A DNA stretch of 64,000 bases from assembly GCA_043228905.1 (NCBI GenBank), contig JBHGNT010000020.1:4340001-4404000 (forward strand), in the 5' to 3' direction. The stretch's first letter is position 1; every line of letters starts with the position of its first letter. The notes under the pieces are model-generated. The model was not told the DNA's origin. It searched no databases and saw only the letters and a program-made list of their open reading frames with translations. The DNA comes from Azolla caroliniana (lineage: Eukaryota; Plantae; Polypodiophyta). Of this stretch, positions 11,696-26,000 are shown piece by piece. The translations under genes were made by a program, and so were the position numbers.

Positions 11696-14600
11696 AGAAC
11701 AACTTAAATCTATTATCAACAACTCTGTAAAATTCTTTGTACATACAACGTGCTCAACAACACTATTTATACAAGTCCTAAGAGGACTGACAAAGGTACA
11801 GTGTACTTCAATGATCACACGAGCGTAGTCTAGGCTACTACTAGGCTTCCGGTTATTCCTTGATCCGGCTAACCGGCTCCCTAGCTCCCCAACTCGCTTG
11901 CTCACTGGCTCACCGATCCGGCTCATCCTTCCGGATGCTGATCCGGATCCGATTGAGCTTACAGCTCAACACTCCACCTCAAGCTCAACTTGAGGTCGGA
12001 TCATAGTGTCATTCTCCATGGAAACCGGTCCTTCCACCCGGCTCCTTCTGGCGTCACTCTGCCTCACGCACGCTCCTTGTCCGGTCCGGTCCCGTTTGTT
12101 GCGACCCTTCTGATTTTGCGCACCTCGACCTCCTCGGTCGGCTTGTCTCCTCAATAGGCCCAATTCAGCTCCCTCGCTGCTGTGACTTTGGCACTTGCTG
12201 ATTCGTTGATTCCTTCGTGTTGGCGTCGACTTTTGCTGCCTTCTCCTCCTCTTGGCCTTGAATTGATCTGGTTCTTCCGAATCCATCTGTTGAACCGAAT
12301 CGGATGTCTCCGATTCATTCCAGCTCTTGTCTGAATAGGTCGCTCCCGATTCATCTTCCAGGTTCCAGGCCCTTCACCACATCGGACCATGTCCAGGTCT
12401 TGGCCTTCTTCTTCCGGTCAGCTCTGTCCTTCTTGACTCTGCCGCCGCTGCCGCTTGTTCCGACTTGTTTGGATGTGTCAACTTCCTTTGTCGACTTGAC
12501 TCCTTTCTTCTTCTTGTCTCTCCCTTTGTCGGTTGTTCCCTCACTGACGCAATCGGTAGTTTCTTTGCCTTTGCTCGTTCTCCCCCTCAAATGTGGCACG
12601 TCGAGATGCTGAACACCAAGCATTTTCGGTAAAGTGCTGCAACTTATCCGATCCAAGCGGTTTGATGAAGATGTCGACAACTTGCCAATCTCTATGAACA
12701 TACCGAAGTTTGACTTCACCGCTGAGGACACGCTCACGCACGAAGTGGTAGTGCACTTCTATGTGCTTTGTGCGAGCATGGAATATAGGGTTCTTGGCGA
12801 GCTGCATGCGGCTTATGTTCTCGCAGTAGATCAGGATCGGGGTCGGCACCTTTGATCCGCAAGTCGTGCAGTAGTCGCCGAAGCCAAATGGCTTCATAGG
12901 TGGCAACGGTAGCGCCCCGGTATTCAGCCTCAGTGCTCGAAAGGGCCACTGTTGGCTGCTTTTTGCTGCTCCACGCAATAGCCGCGCTACTAAGGAAAAA
13001 CATATAGCCCGAGATGGATCGACGATCTGATGCATCGCCGGCCCAGTCGGCATCGATGTAGCCGACTAGTTCTTCGGTTATACCATGCCGGTATAGGAGT
13101 CCCCGGTTCTTCGTGCTGCTCACATATCGCAAAATTCGGATCACCTCGATCCCAAGGAAATAGTGAAGGTCCCCCAGGTCCTTCATCTGAAATGCTTCCG
13201 ACAACTGGGACTTGACTTGGCTGATTTCATCGAGTCTGGGTCTGTTGATGACTAGATCATCAACATACAACAAGATGCAAACCGGACCGTCCAAACCTTG
13301 CCGGATGAACAAAGAAGAGTCAGACTTGGAGGCCCTAAACCCCATCTTATGCAACCGGTGCATGATCTTCGCATTCCAAGCATGGGGGGCTTGCTTTAGG
13401 CCATAAAGTGACTTCTTCAGCCAACATATCGCCGACTTGTTCATCTTCGACTGGAAACCGGGGGGTTGAGTCATAAAGAACTCTTCTTCAAGATTGCCTT
13501 GAAGAAATGCATTCTTCACGTTCATCTGGTGAAGATGCCACCCCCTTGCCGCAACAACCGCCAACACCACACGAACCGTCGTCATCTCCGCTACCGGAGT
13601 GAAGGTCTCATTGTAGTCGATTCTGTGGGTCTGCGCGTATCCGTTCGCTACTAACCGGGCCTTGCACTGGTTAACCGAACCATCGACATTGTACTTTACC
13701 TTGTACACCCACTTACATCCGATCGGTTTACAATGTCGGGGAGGGTCAACTAGGTCCCATGTGTCGTTGGCATCAAGTGCCCACATTTCTTCCTCCATAG
13801 CGGCACGCCAATTTGCGTCCTTCGCCACTTCTGCGTAGGTCTCCGGCTCACGCACTTCTGCCACCTTGGTCATGTACGCATAGTGATGCGCCATGTACTC
13901 ATTGTACCCGTACCGCTTCACGGGATTCTTCTGGCAGGAAGACTGGTGTAACTTATCGTTACCCGGTTTGAGGCCCTTCTTGGCCAGTTCGGTCTTCGTT
14001 GCCGAAGATCCGCCTTCTTCTTTTTCGGAGTCGTATCTGCTCCGATCCGACTCACCATTGCCAGTCTCATGCTCCGACATCTTCCTCTTCCCCTTTTCCT
14101 TGCGTGTGAACCATCTCCTCGGTTCCTTGCGCGGGGGGAACACGGTAGAGTCTCCACTACTCACCGGTTCATCTTCCGACTGGTCTGTCTGACCCAATCG
14201 CTCATTCGGCCCGCTCAACTGAAACGATTCCGGACTCACATCTAGAGTCTCGAACCCTTCGTCTTCTAACTGGACCGGTTTATGCTCACTAGCCTCATCC
14301 TTCGGTATCAGGTCGAGGTCGGAAGTCGGAGCCGGTAAGGCATACCATGATGCCATCTCATCAAACTCAACATCCTAGCTAACTCGGACCTACTTCGTAC
14401 GGGGGTTATAACACTTATACCCCTTTTGCTCATGCGAGTAACCGACCAGGATGCATTTCTCCGACTTTGCATCCAACTTCCTCTACTTCTCATCCGGCAC
14501 ATGCACATATGCAATGCTACTGAATATCCGAAGTTGTCTCAAATTCGGCTTGCGCCCAAAATACAGCTCATGCACGGACACCTTGTCACCGATCCGGTTT

Positions 14601-16756
14601 TTGATGTAGACGGCCGTTTGGACCGCCTCAGCCCAGTAGAATGGGGCATGCTCTTCTCCTCCAGCATTGCCCTTGCCGCGTCGACAATTGACCGGTTCTT
14701 CCTTTCGGCCACACCATTTTGCTCCGGTGTGTACCTGCAACTGAATTCTCTCCTAATTCCATTCTGTTGCAGATAACTATTGAATTGGCCAGAGAAGTAT
14801 TCTTTCCCGCCATCCAACCGCAGGCACTTGATCTTCCTCTCCGTCTCCCGTTCAACCAAGCTTAGAAGGTTCTGGAAACACTCGAAGATTTCGCTCTTCC
14901 TCTCGATGAGGTAGATCCACGTGTGCCGACTGTAGTCATCAATGAAGGAGACGAAATACCGACTCCTGCCAAGACTAACGTTTTGTGCCGGTCCCCATAC
15001 ATCCGAATGGATCCAATCGAGCTTGTTATGGATCCGGCTTCGATCGGTGGGGAATGGAAGCCGATGTTGCTTCCCGAGTTGACAGGTTTCACATATTTGG
15101 ACCTTCCGGCCACTGAACTTCGGCAAACCGAAAACAACTTGTTTCGTTTGCAGGACTTGAAGCCTCCGGTAATTGATGTGGCCGATTCGCTTGTGCCAGA
15201 GATCAATATCTGATTCAATCTTCTGTCCTTTGGTGAACAAAGTGGTGCCGACGTCATTGGTGTCGAGGATGAACATCCTCCCATCTCTGCACCCTTGCGC
15301 AATAATCTGGCCCTCTTCCTCGATGAAGTACCCAAGGTGCGTAAACCGCACCTGCATCCCCTGGTCAATGATCTGACCGACTGACACCAGGTTTTTCGTG
15401 ATAGTCGGAATGTGTAATACGTTCATCAGCTTCCCCCTCTATCCGACGTGGCTCAAAGGGACTTCTTCGGCATGCACGATTGGGTGAGGAGTGTCATCTC
15501 CGGTTTTGACGACTCCCGGTTGTTCCGGTTTCTCCAAGAAAGAGAACCACTCTTTGTGGCTCGTCATGTGATTCGACGCACCAGAATCAACGTACCACAC
15601 TTCCTCCGATTTGGAAGTGGTCTTCTTCATCGAGTTAGCCTTGTGTTTCATCACTAAGGTTGGCCCTTTACCAGCTTTTCCAGTTTTGGATCCTCTCGAT
15701 CCTTCTGTGTAGTGCGAGTATTGCCGGTTCTCTCTACCGGCCTTGCCGGATCCGGATTTGTCCGAATCGGCGCACTTCTCCCAACACTCGCTTTCTCTAT
15801 GGCCCTTTTTACCATAGTACCAACATTTTGTGTCGGCCTTTGCTTGCCGGCCTCCGGCGCCACCTTGACTCCCCCTGCTTATGGAGGGTCTGGAACTGTT
15901 GTCGGCATGTTCTCTGTGCCTTCGGTCCTGCTCTTTCCTATCGCTACCATTGCAAGCCGACCCGCCTCGTCCACCACGCCCACGGGGCCGATCCGCCTCC
16001 GTGTACAATATCCGAATGTCGGTGGGTGCACTTGTTGACGCACCGAGGTGGTTCTCCTCTACAAGGAGCTTCGACTATAAGTCGAAAAATGACGACATAT
16101 TCTCCCTTGTACATACCGCCATTCGGAACGCTCTGAACTTAGACGCTAGGCCCCCAAGATAGATCTGCACCATCTCATCTTCCTCTACAGTGACGTTGAT
16201 AGAGGCAAGTGAGTCATAGATCTCTTTGATTCGGGCCGTGTAATCGGCTACCGACATGTCCTTCTGTCAGACATTGCTCAACTCCTGTCGGGGTTGTAGC
16301 TTCCGGGCCGTAGTGCTCATTGCGAAAACCTTCTTTAGGTTTCCCCAAGATTCTTTTGGCATCTTGGCATCTCGAACATGGCTCAACAGCTGGTCTCTGA
16401 CACTGGACGCAAAGCAGTACATCACTCGGCTTGCCACTTGTTCCCACACTAGGAAGTCCTTGTGTGCTGCATTAGGTGTTGTGTTGTTAGCTCCGTCGAC
16501 GTAGCTCTAGTAACCATGCCCAAGCAGGTGCTGGTGCATCTTGTATCACCAAGATGCGTAGTTGGATCTGTTGAGCTTCTCCACCGGGAGCCAACTAGCC
16601 ATTCCTTTGTCCATCACTTCTCTTTCTGTTCTTACCGAGTCTTAGGGTTTGTCTTCGGATGCTGATGTCGGCTACAGAGGTTCTCAACCCTCGCGCTTTG
16701 ATACCATGTGAAAACGAAGGTGTGGAAGCGTTAGACAACCGACTAGCTGGATAGCA

Positions 16757-16757
<1 letters not shown>

Positions 16758-16816
<59 letters not shown>
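16758..16816. repeat. (AG)n microsatellite within the 5' LTR of element C
   Basis: About 29 AG units versus about 7 in the sister LTR at ~5983-5996. Confidence 0.9.
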
Positions 16817-16820
<4 letters not shown>

Positions 16821-19800
16821 ACACGCAGGAGAGACAGAGAAAGAGCAGAACAACTTAAATCTATTATCAACAACTCTATAAAATTCTCTATACATACAAC
16901 GTGCTCAACAACACTATTTATACAAGTCCTAAGAGGACTGATAGAGGTAAAGTGTACTTATGATTACATGAGTGTCTGACACTAACTATGAGACATTAAC
17001 TACCTAGTAGTCTAGGCTGCTACTAGGCTTTCGGTTACTTCTTGATCCAGCTAACCGGCTCCCCAGCTCACCGGGTCGCTTGCTCACCAGTTCACCGATC
17101 CGGCTCATCCTTTTGGATGCTAATCTGGCTCAGGCTTACTCAACCGATCCGGATCCGGTTGAGCTTGCCGCTCAACACATAGAATCATATTCCCTGACAC
17201 ATAACTAATGAGTTACATATTCCCCATGACTATGAGTCTTCACATTCCCCAAGAGAGAGAGTGGTTGTTGTAAGTTAACGAAGAGAGAGGGCGACTCTAT
17301 ATAAAGCACCCTCCTCATACTTCATACAAAGTCTGTTGTGACTCCTTATTAAGCTACATTTTGTAATTCTTATTCTACTTGTGAAATATACACCTTCTTC
17401 TTGAGTATTCCTTTTTCTACCTATCTGGTGTTCTCTCATCTCTCATCTCTCCTCTAATTCCTCTCACAGATACACATAACACACATCTCTTCCGCTACAC
17501 AAGAATCATACCTGATTCTTTACATGGTATCAGAGCAGGTAGCTCGATCTAGCCCACTCGCCTCATCGTGATCGTGTGTTGTGCTCTACGCTGATGTTCA
17601 AGAAGAACCGGCTCATCGCTATCGTAGTACCACAACATAGCTCTCCCTAGCAAGAAGGAAAAGAAGAAAGGAATGAATACTCAAATGGGGAGCGCTCTCC
17701 CTAGCGAAAAGTTAGAATGAAACAACTTCGCATCTTGGGAGTACAAGATGCACCAATACCTTGTTGGCCAAGGCTATTGCGGTTACACCAAGGGAGCACA
17801 AGAAAACGACCGGACCCAGAAAACGCCGACTATGCAACGTGGGAACAAGTGGGAAGCCAAGTGATGTATTGCTTGGTGACATGTGTTTATGACCACATGG
17901 TCGGGTACATTCGAGAAGCCGAGATGCCGAAGGAAGCGTGGGAGAATCTATGAAAGATTTTCGCCGCCAACACTACCGCGAGAAAGCTTCAACTTTGCCA
18001 AGAGTTGAACAAAATCCAACAAAGGGATACGTCCATCACAAGCTACACCTTCAAAATCAAGGAGCTTTGCGACTCGCTTGGCTCGATAAGCGTCAATGTG
18101 GACGATGATGAGATGGTGCAAATATGCCTTGGTGGCTTGGCACCACGATTCGGCGCGATGCAGACTGCCGTACAAGCACAGGAGAATCCACCCTCCTTCT
18201 TCGATCTTCAATCTATGTTGTTGGTCGAAGAAAACCATGTTCGAATGAGAAGCAACGCCTTGGAAGGCCACATGCTCTACACGCATTCAGACGGAGGAAG
18301 AGGACGCGGTCGTGCAAGAAGAGGCCGATTCGGCCAAGGACGAGGCGGACGAGGCCCAACTTATGAAAACAACTCGCAATTTCGGCATCAAGACGGAAGC
18401 CATTGAGGAACCTTCGGACGAAGGGGGAGCTTCCATTCCGGTCCGAACCGACAAAGCTCGGTCAAATGTGGATATTGCGGAAAAATCGGTCACCACGAAG
18501 AAGAATGCCGTAAGAAGATACACGAGTTGGCTTCCACTAGCCGACAACTCACCAACTACGCCATCAACTTCGACTATGACGATCGCGGCGGAATGTTCGT
18601 GATGAGACATAGAGCGAATTCTATGTCGGCCTCTACTTCTACTAGTGCCTCTGGTCCGGAAGACGTATGGTTCGTCGATTCCGGTGCCTCAAACTTTATG
18701 ATGTCACATCAAGAATGGTTTCGAGAACTTCGAGAGCCGGACCGACCTGGCTATGTCGAAACCGGAGACTCTATGCACCCGATTTGGCACATCGGCAATG
18801 TTCTGTTCGGAGAAGAAGGTAAGCAAACTTATATTAAAAATGTCTTGCATGTACCAAGTATCATGAATAATTTGGTCTCCGTCGGCCAAATTGTAGGGCA
18901 AGGAATGCAAGTATGATTTAATCAAGGCGGTTGCTTCATCGAAAAGAGGGCCGACTCATCGCTCGCGGACGAAGAGAGGGCCGAATGTTCATTCTCGACT
19001 CACACAAGATGAAATCGGCCATGTTTGCAAAGGGCATGAAAGACGGTTCCGACATAGAGTTATGGCACAAGCGGATTGGCCATATCAACCTCCAAAAGGT
19101 CAAGGCAATGCAATTGAAAGGAGTCGTCATCGGGCTCCCGACATTTACAGAGAAAGAGATTGAAGGCGTGTGTGCCAATTGCCAATTCGGCAAGCAACAT
19201 CACCCATTTCAGAAGGAGCAAAACGTGAGCAAAGGCGTACTCGATGTAATTCATTCCGACGTATGGGTCTGGCTTAGACGGCTACATTCGGCGGATGCCG
19301 ATACTATGTGGCCTTCATCGACAACTTCTCCAGGCACACCTGGATCTACCCCATGCGACAAAAGAGCAAAGTGTTCGGACACTTCCAAAAATTTAAGAAT
19401 GAAGTTGAGAAAGCCATGGGCCGACATGTACGATGTCTTCGGTCGGATGGAGGCAAGGAGTACTTCTCCGACGAATTTTCGGTGTTTCTACGGAAAGAAG
19501 GAATACGACGAGAGTTTTCGTGTCGACATACGCCACAACAAAATGGAGTGGCCGAACGCAAGAATTGGCACATCCTTGAAGTGGCATGGGCTATGCTTAA
19601 CGAAAAGCACATGCTGAAATCGTATTGGGCGGAAGCAGCTAACATGGCCGTCTGTCTCATGAATCGGTGTACGACATCGGGTGTGCACGAACTTACTCCA
19701 CACGAGAAGTTCTTCGGAAAGAAGCTGGACTTATCGCATGTTCGAATATTCGGCTCCATTGCATATGTGCACATCCTCGACGAGAAGCGTCAAAAACTCG

Positions 19801-22422
19801 ACCCGAAGTCAAAGAAATGTATCTTCGTAGGATACTCACTGGAGCAAAAGGGTTACAAGTGCTACAACCCCCCTCAACTCAAAAATCTCGAGTAAGTCGA
19901 GACGTCGTTTTCGACGAGTCCACATCCTGGTACGCACTAGAGACAACTTCGACTTCGATTCCGCTCGACTCGGATTCCGCTGAAATAGAGATAGAAGCCG
20001 AAGATCGACTCACGCACATGTTCGAAGAAAGCCCAATTACAACAAGGCTTAGTGGGCCACAAGAGCCCCCGAGCGATCAAAGCACATCTCGGCTGAGTCC
20101 GAAGATGGACAAAGGGAAGGCAAAAATGCCGGAGTATGAAGACAATCACTTCGACGGCAACGAATTGAGTCACTCCCTCGATATTGAGTTCGAAGGCCTT
20201 GAGATCCAGACAAATGGAGTAGAGAAAGCCGTAATATCCGCAAATGAGAAGCTCCGCCGATCCACCCGTGAAAATAACCCTGTAAGCCGATTCAGCTACA
20301 ACGATTATATGGCATACCATTACGTTTTTATGATGAAGGTAGCGACAGTATGGGAGCCAGAAACATTTTCTGAAGCCGCGATGGACCCCAGATGGTCTGA
20401 ACCGATGAATGAGGAGACGCAAGCACTCTCCAAGAATGAGACATGGGATCTCGTTCCCCACTCACCGCACAAGAAGGCAATTGGCTGCAGATGGATCTAC
20501 AAGGTGAAGTATAATGCCGACGGCTCCGTAAACCGTTACAAAGCTTGACTCGTAGCGAAAGGATACGCACAAACACATGGAGTCGACTATGAAGAGACCT
20601 TTGCCCCGGTGGCAAAGATGATGACGGTGCGGACTGTGATCGCACTTGCAGCGGCGAAAGGGTGGCAACTCCACCAGATGGACGTCAAGAATGCTTTCCT
20701 CCAAGGCGAATTAGAAGAGGAGGTGTACATGGTACAACCTCCCAGCTTCGAATCGTGCATTCATCCGAAAGCCATGTGCCAACTCAAGAAGCCACTCTAT
20801 GGCCTTAAGCAAGCACCGCATGCTTGGCATTCGAAGATTACGCACTATCTTCATCAAATTGGATTTCGAATGTCGAAATCCGACAACTCCCTCTATGTAC
20901 GACACGACTCTCGAAGCCTAATTGTCATCATCCTATACGTGGATGATCTGTTCATTGGAGGTGAAAGTCTAGTCGACATCAACAAGGTCAAGTCCCTCCT
21001 CTTCGGAAAATTCGAGATGACGGACATGAAGGAGCTCGATTACTTCCTTGGCAACGAAGTAATTCGGATTCCGGTCGGCATTATGATCTCTCAACGACAC
21101 TACATTCTCAACTTGTTATACAAGTTCCGGATGACTGAGTGCAAATCGATAGCTACGCCTCTCGATCGAAACCTCAAACTAGATGCTGACTCCGGCACAG
21201 ACGAGTGCGAGCCGACCTAATATCGTCAACTGATCAGGAGTCTCATCTATCTCACGATCACTCGACCCGACCTTAGCTATCTAGTCGGACTCCTCAGCAA
21301 ATTCATGCAAAAACCATGCGACATTCACTTGGATTGCGCTAAGCGAGTATTACGATACGTGAGCGGCACAATGGATTACGAAGTTCTCTACACATCGGCC
21401 ACACCAATACGACTCGAATAATACACAAACGCAGACTCGGCAGGCTACAAAGCTGATCGACAATCGACCTCCGGATTTGTCTTCTCGCTCGGTAGTGGAG
21501 CAATACCCCGGAGTAGTAAGAATCAACCTACCGTCGCACTTTCGAGTACGGAGGCCGAATACAGGGGCGCAACTGTAGCTGATGTGAAGCCATATGGCTC
21601 AAGAGGATTTTGAAGGATCTGGGTGTCCCCATCAAGAATATGACTCCCATTTACTACGACAAATATGAGCAGTATATATCTGGCTCGGAACCCGGTGTTC
21701 CACGCTGTTGAGTGGCAAGCTCAACAAGATACGGATCGACTGAATAAGCCTAAGCCAGATCGGCATCCGGAAGGATGAGCCGGATCAATGAGCCAGTGAG
21801 CTGGGGAGCCGGTTAGCTGGATCAAGTAGTAACTGGAAGCCTAGTAGCAGCCTAGACTACTAGGTAGTTAATGTCTCGTAGTTAGTGTCAGACGTTTGTG
21901 TGATCATTGACGTACATTGTACCTCTATCAACCCTCTTAGGACTTGTATAAATAGTGTTGTTGAGCACGTTGTATGTACAGAGATTTTTACAGAGTTGTT
22001 GATAATAGATTTAAGTTGTTCTGCTCTTTCTCTATCTCTCCTGCGTGTTAATCTCTCTCTCTGTTGCTATCCAACTAGTCGGTTGTCTAACGCTTCCGCA
22101 CCTTCCTTTTCACATGGTATTAGAGCGCGAGGGTTGAGAACCTCTATAACCGACATCAACATCTGAAGACAAACCCTAAGACCCGGTAAGAACAGAAAGA
22201 GAAGTGATGGACAAAGGAATGGCTAGCTCACTCCTCGTGGAGAAGCTCGACAGATCCAACTACGCATCTTGGTCATACAAGATGCACCAGTACCTGCTTG
22301 GGCATGGTTACTGGAGCTATGTCGACGGAGCTAACGACACAACACCTGATGTGGCACACAAGGACTTCCTAGTGTGGGAACAAGAGGCAAGTAGAGTGAT
22401 GTATTGCTTTGCATCCAGTGTC

Positions 22423-22582
22423 GAAGACCAGCTGTTGAGCCATGTCCTGCCTTTCAACCAAAATCCGATGCACTGCATCCTGCCTTTCAACCAAAATCCT
22501 GCATCGGATTATGGTTGAAAGGCAGGATGCAGTGCATCGGATTTTGGTTGAAAGGCAGGACATGGCTCAACAGCTGGTCTTC
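22423..22582. repeat. Near-perfect inverted repeat (77-bp arms, 6-nt loop)
   Basis: 22423-22499 is the reverse complement of 22506-22582 with one mismatch. Each arm contains two copies of cctgcctttcaaccaaaatcc. Confidence 0.95.
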
Positions 22583-23030
22583 AACTCGGCCGAGGCCGAA
22601 ACTGGAAATCGTGGAGATAGCCAACATGGAAGGCTAAGTTTGTAAATAGTCAAAAGGTTACATTAGTATATAAGTACTTAGGGCAATCATGTTAGATATG
22701 TGCGTTATTGTAAAGTTACTGTTGACGAGGTTGTTGCCTCCATAATTGTGAGAGTGAACAAGTGTGAGTGGAAGCGTGTGAGCTCCATAGCCGCCTGTTG
22801 GCGAAGCAGGATCTCGAGGTAGTTGCCTCTGAGATCTCTGATTGTATTCCTTTCTCTCATAGTGTTCTGTTTCGGAGTTTGTGGACTCCACGTGGTTTTT
22901 TCCCAGTTCGGGTTTCCATGTTAAAATTTGTGTCATTCTCAGTTTCTGTATTCTGTTTTCCCTTTCCATTAGATTGACTATTATTCCGCACACGTACAAC
23001 CGGTTGTGGCCGGCAACGATTTTAACTTCA
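22583..23030 (+). mobile_element. Partial LTR related to the solo LTR at 32574-33330
   Basis: Shares aactcggc.gaggccgaaac, tttgtaaatag, cgtggtttt..ccc...gggttt.cca.g and cggttgtggccg with the reverse complement of 32574-33330. Ends in CA at 23030. Confidence 0.6.
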
Positions 23031-26000
23031 CTCTCATCATCCAGCAAGGTCAAAACGGGCCGGTTAGTATTTTACTTTATGTTGATGATTTCGTCATCGC
23101 CGACGCCGACCTTGATGAAATCGGCGACGTAAATTCCTAGCTTGTGGCATCATTTGACATGAAGGATCTTGGGAACCGTCATTACTTCCTCGGTATTTCG
23201 TCTCCTTCATTGACGACTATAGTCGGCACACGTGGATCTACCTCATCGAGAGGAAGAGCGAAGTCTTCGAGTGTTTCCAGAACCTTTTCTAAGCTTGGTT
23301 GAACAGGAGACGGAGAGGAAGATCAAGTGCCTGCGATTGGATGGCGGGAAAGAATACTTCTCGGGCCAATTCAACAGTTATCTGCAGCAGAATGGATTTA
23401 GGAGAGAATTTAGCTGCATGTACACACCAGAGCAAAATGGTGTGGCCGAAAGAAAGAACTGGTCGATTGTCGACGCGGCAAGGGCAATGCTGGAGGAGAA
23501 GAACGTGCCCCATTTCTATTGGGTTGAGGCGGTCCGGACGACCGTCTATATCCAAAACCGGATCAGTGACAAGGTATCCGTGCATGAGCTGTATTTCGGG
23601 CGCAAGCCGAATTTGAGACACCTTCGGATATTCGGTAGCATTGCATATGTGCATGTACCAGAGGAGAAGCGGAGGAAGTTGGATGCAAAGTCGGAGAAAT
23701 GCATCCTGGTCGGTTACTCGCATGAGCAAAAGGGGTATAAGTGTTATAAACCCCAGACGAAGCAGGTCCAAGTTAGTTGGGATTTGAGTTTGATGCGACG
23801 ACATCATGGCATGCCTTATTGGCTCCAACTTTCGACCCCGACCCGATATCGGAGGATGAGGCTAGTGAGCCTGAAACGGTCTAGTTAGAAGACAAAGGTT
23901 CGAGACTCTAGATGTGAGTCCAGAATCGTTTCGGTTGAGCGGTCCGAACGAGCGACTAGGTCAGACAGACCAGTCGGAAGATGAACCGGTGAGTAGTGGA
24001 GACTCTGCCGTGTTCCCCCCGTGCAAGGAACCGAGGAGACGGTTCACGCATAAGGAAAAGGGGAAGAGGAAGGTGCCGGAGCATGAGACCGGCAATGGTG
24101 AGTCGGATCGGAGCAAATACGACTCCGAAAAAGATGAAGGCGGATCTTCGGCAACGAAGACCGAATCGGCCAAGAAGGGCCTCAAACCGGGTAACGATAA
24201 GTTACACCTGTCTTCCCGCCAGAAGAACTCCGTGAAGCAGCGAAGGACGCAAATTGGCGTGCCGCTATGGAGGAAGAAATGCGAGCAGTTGATGCCAACG
24301 ACACATGGGACCTAGTTGACCCTCCCCGACACTGTAAACCAATCAGATGTAAGTGGGTGTACAAGGTAAAGTACAATGCCGACGGTTCGGTTAACCGGTA
24401 CAAGGCCCGGTTAGTGGCGAAGGGATACGCGCAAACCCATGAAATCGACTACAACGAGACCTTCACTCCGGTAGCGAAGATGACGACGGTTCGTGTGGTT
24501 CTGGCGGTTGCAGCGGCAAGGGGGGGACATCTTCACTAGATGGACGTGAAGAATGCATTTCTTCAAGGCGATCTTGAAGAAGAGGTCTTCATGACCCAAC
24601 CCCCCGGTTTCCAGTCGGAGATGAACAAGTCGGCGGTATGCCGGTTGATGAAGTCACTTTATGGCCTAAAGCAAGCCCCTTGAGCTTGGAATGCGAAGAT
24701 CACGCACCGATTTCATAAGATGGGGTTTGCGGCCTCCAAATCCGACTCTTCATTGTTCATCCGGCAAGGTCCGGACGGTCTGGTTTGCATCTTGCTCTAT
24801 GTTGATGATCTAGTCATCACCGGACCCAAACTCGATGAAATCAGCCGAGTCAAGTCCCAGTTGTCGGAAGCCTTTGAGATGAAGGACCTGGGGGACCTTC
24901 ACTAGTCGGGGACTGTTATACCGGCATGGTATAACCGAAGAACTAGTCGGCTACAACGATGCCGACTGGGCCGTCGATGCATCAGATCATCGATCCACCT
25001 CTGGCTATATGTTTTTCCTTGGTAGTGCGGTTGTTGCATGGAGGAGCAAAATGCAGCCAACAGTGGCCCTTTCGAGCACTGAGGCTGAATACCGGGGCGC
25101 TACCGTTGCCACCTTTGAAGCCATTTGGCTTCGACGACTGCTGCACGACTTGCGGATCAAGGTGCCAACCCCGATCCTGATCTACTGCGATAACATAAGC
25201 AGCATGCAGCTCGCCAAGAACCCCGTATTCCATGCTCGCACAAAGCACATAGAACTGCACTTCCACTTCGTGCGTGAGCATGTCCTGAGCGGTGAGGTCG
25301 AACTTCAGTATGTTCATACGGGTCGGCAAGTTGCCGACATCTTCACCAAACCACTCGGATCGGACAAGTTGCAACACTTCACCGAAATGCTTGGTGTTCA
25401 GCATCTCGACGTGCCACATTTGAAGGGGAGAACAGGCAAAGGCAAAGAAACTACCGATTGCGTCAGTGAGGGAAGAACCAAGAAAGGGAGAGACAAGAAG
25501 AAGAAAGGAGTTGAGTCGACAAAGGAAGTTGACACATCCGAACAAGTTGGAACAAGCGGCAGCGGTGGTAGAGTCAAGAAGGACAGAGCCGATTAAAAGA
25601 AGGCCAAGACCCGGACATGGTCTGATGTGGTGAAGGGCCTGGAACCAGAAGACGAATCGGGAGCGACCGATTCGGACAAGAGTGCTGGGGACAAGGCCGT
25701 TAATGCGGAAGTGCAAGCAATATTTTGTTTTAGGAAGAACCTGTGTATGCGCATAAGCAAGATAGACACAAAGAGAGAGAGAGAGAGAGAGTGAGTGAGA
25801 GAGAGAGAGATAGGCACAAAGAAAACGTTATATTCCAATAGCAATAGTTACAAAGAATGACCAACCACAACTAAAGGTTACAAAGTCGCTTTATATAGTG
25901 ACTATCTTAGGGCAATTGCCCTTTATGCTATTTACAGAAATGGCCCAAACTTGGGTTGTCCGAAGGGACAGTGTGAATACGGCCATTATACACTCGTATT

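Larger units (their letters stand above)
5928..17177 (-). mobile_element. Copia element C, two LTRs, containing element D in its 3' LTR
   Basis: TSD CATAG at 5923-5927 and 17178-17182. 5' LTR 16707-17177, PBS ~16695-16706, 3' LTR 5928-6030 plus 11701-11971, PPT 11972-11983. Gag-PR-INT-RT-RH remnants lie between ~16613 and ~12580. Confidence 0.93.
5815..21705 (+). mobile_element. Copia element B2, whose 5' LTR is split by element C
   Basis: LTR halves 5815-5927 and 17183-17524 are homologous to the B1 LTR. PBS 17525-17536. Gag from 17672, protease DSGAS ~18677, integrase ~18930-19900, RT with YVDD ~20936. RNase H is broken at NPVFHA (21705). Multiple stops and frameshifts. Confidence 0.88.
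21706..25682 (+). mobile_element. Copia element E (C family), internally rearranged
   Basis: LTR 21706-22114 is homologous to the C LTR. PBS tggtattagagc 22115-22126. Gag 22207-22445, then a foldback and foreign pieces. INT-RT-RH 23190-25430 is close to element C and has deletions. Interrupted at 25683. Confidence 0.85.
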
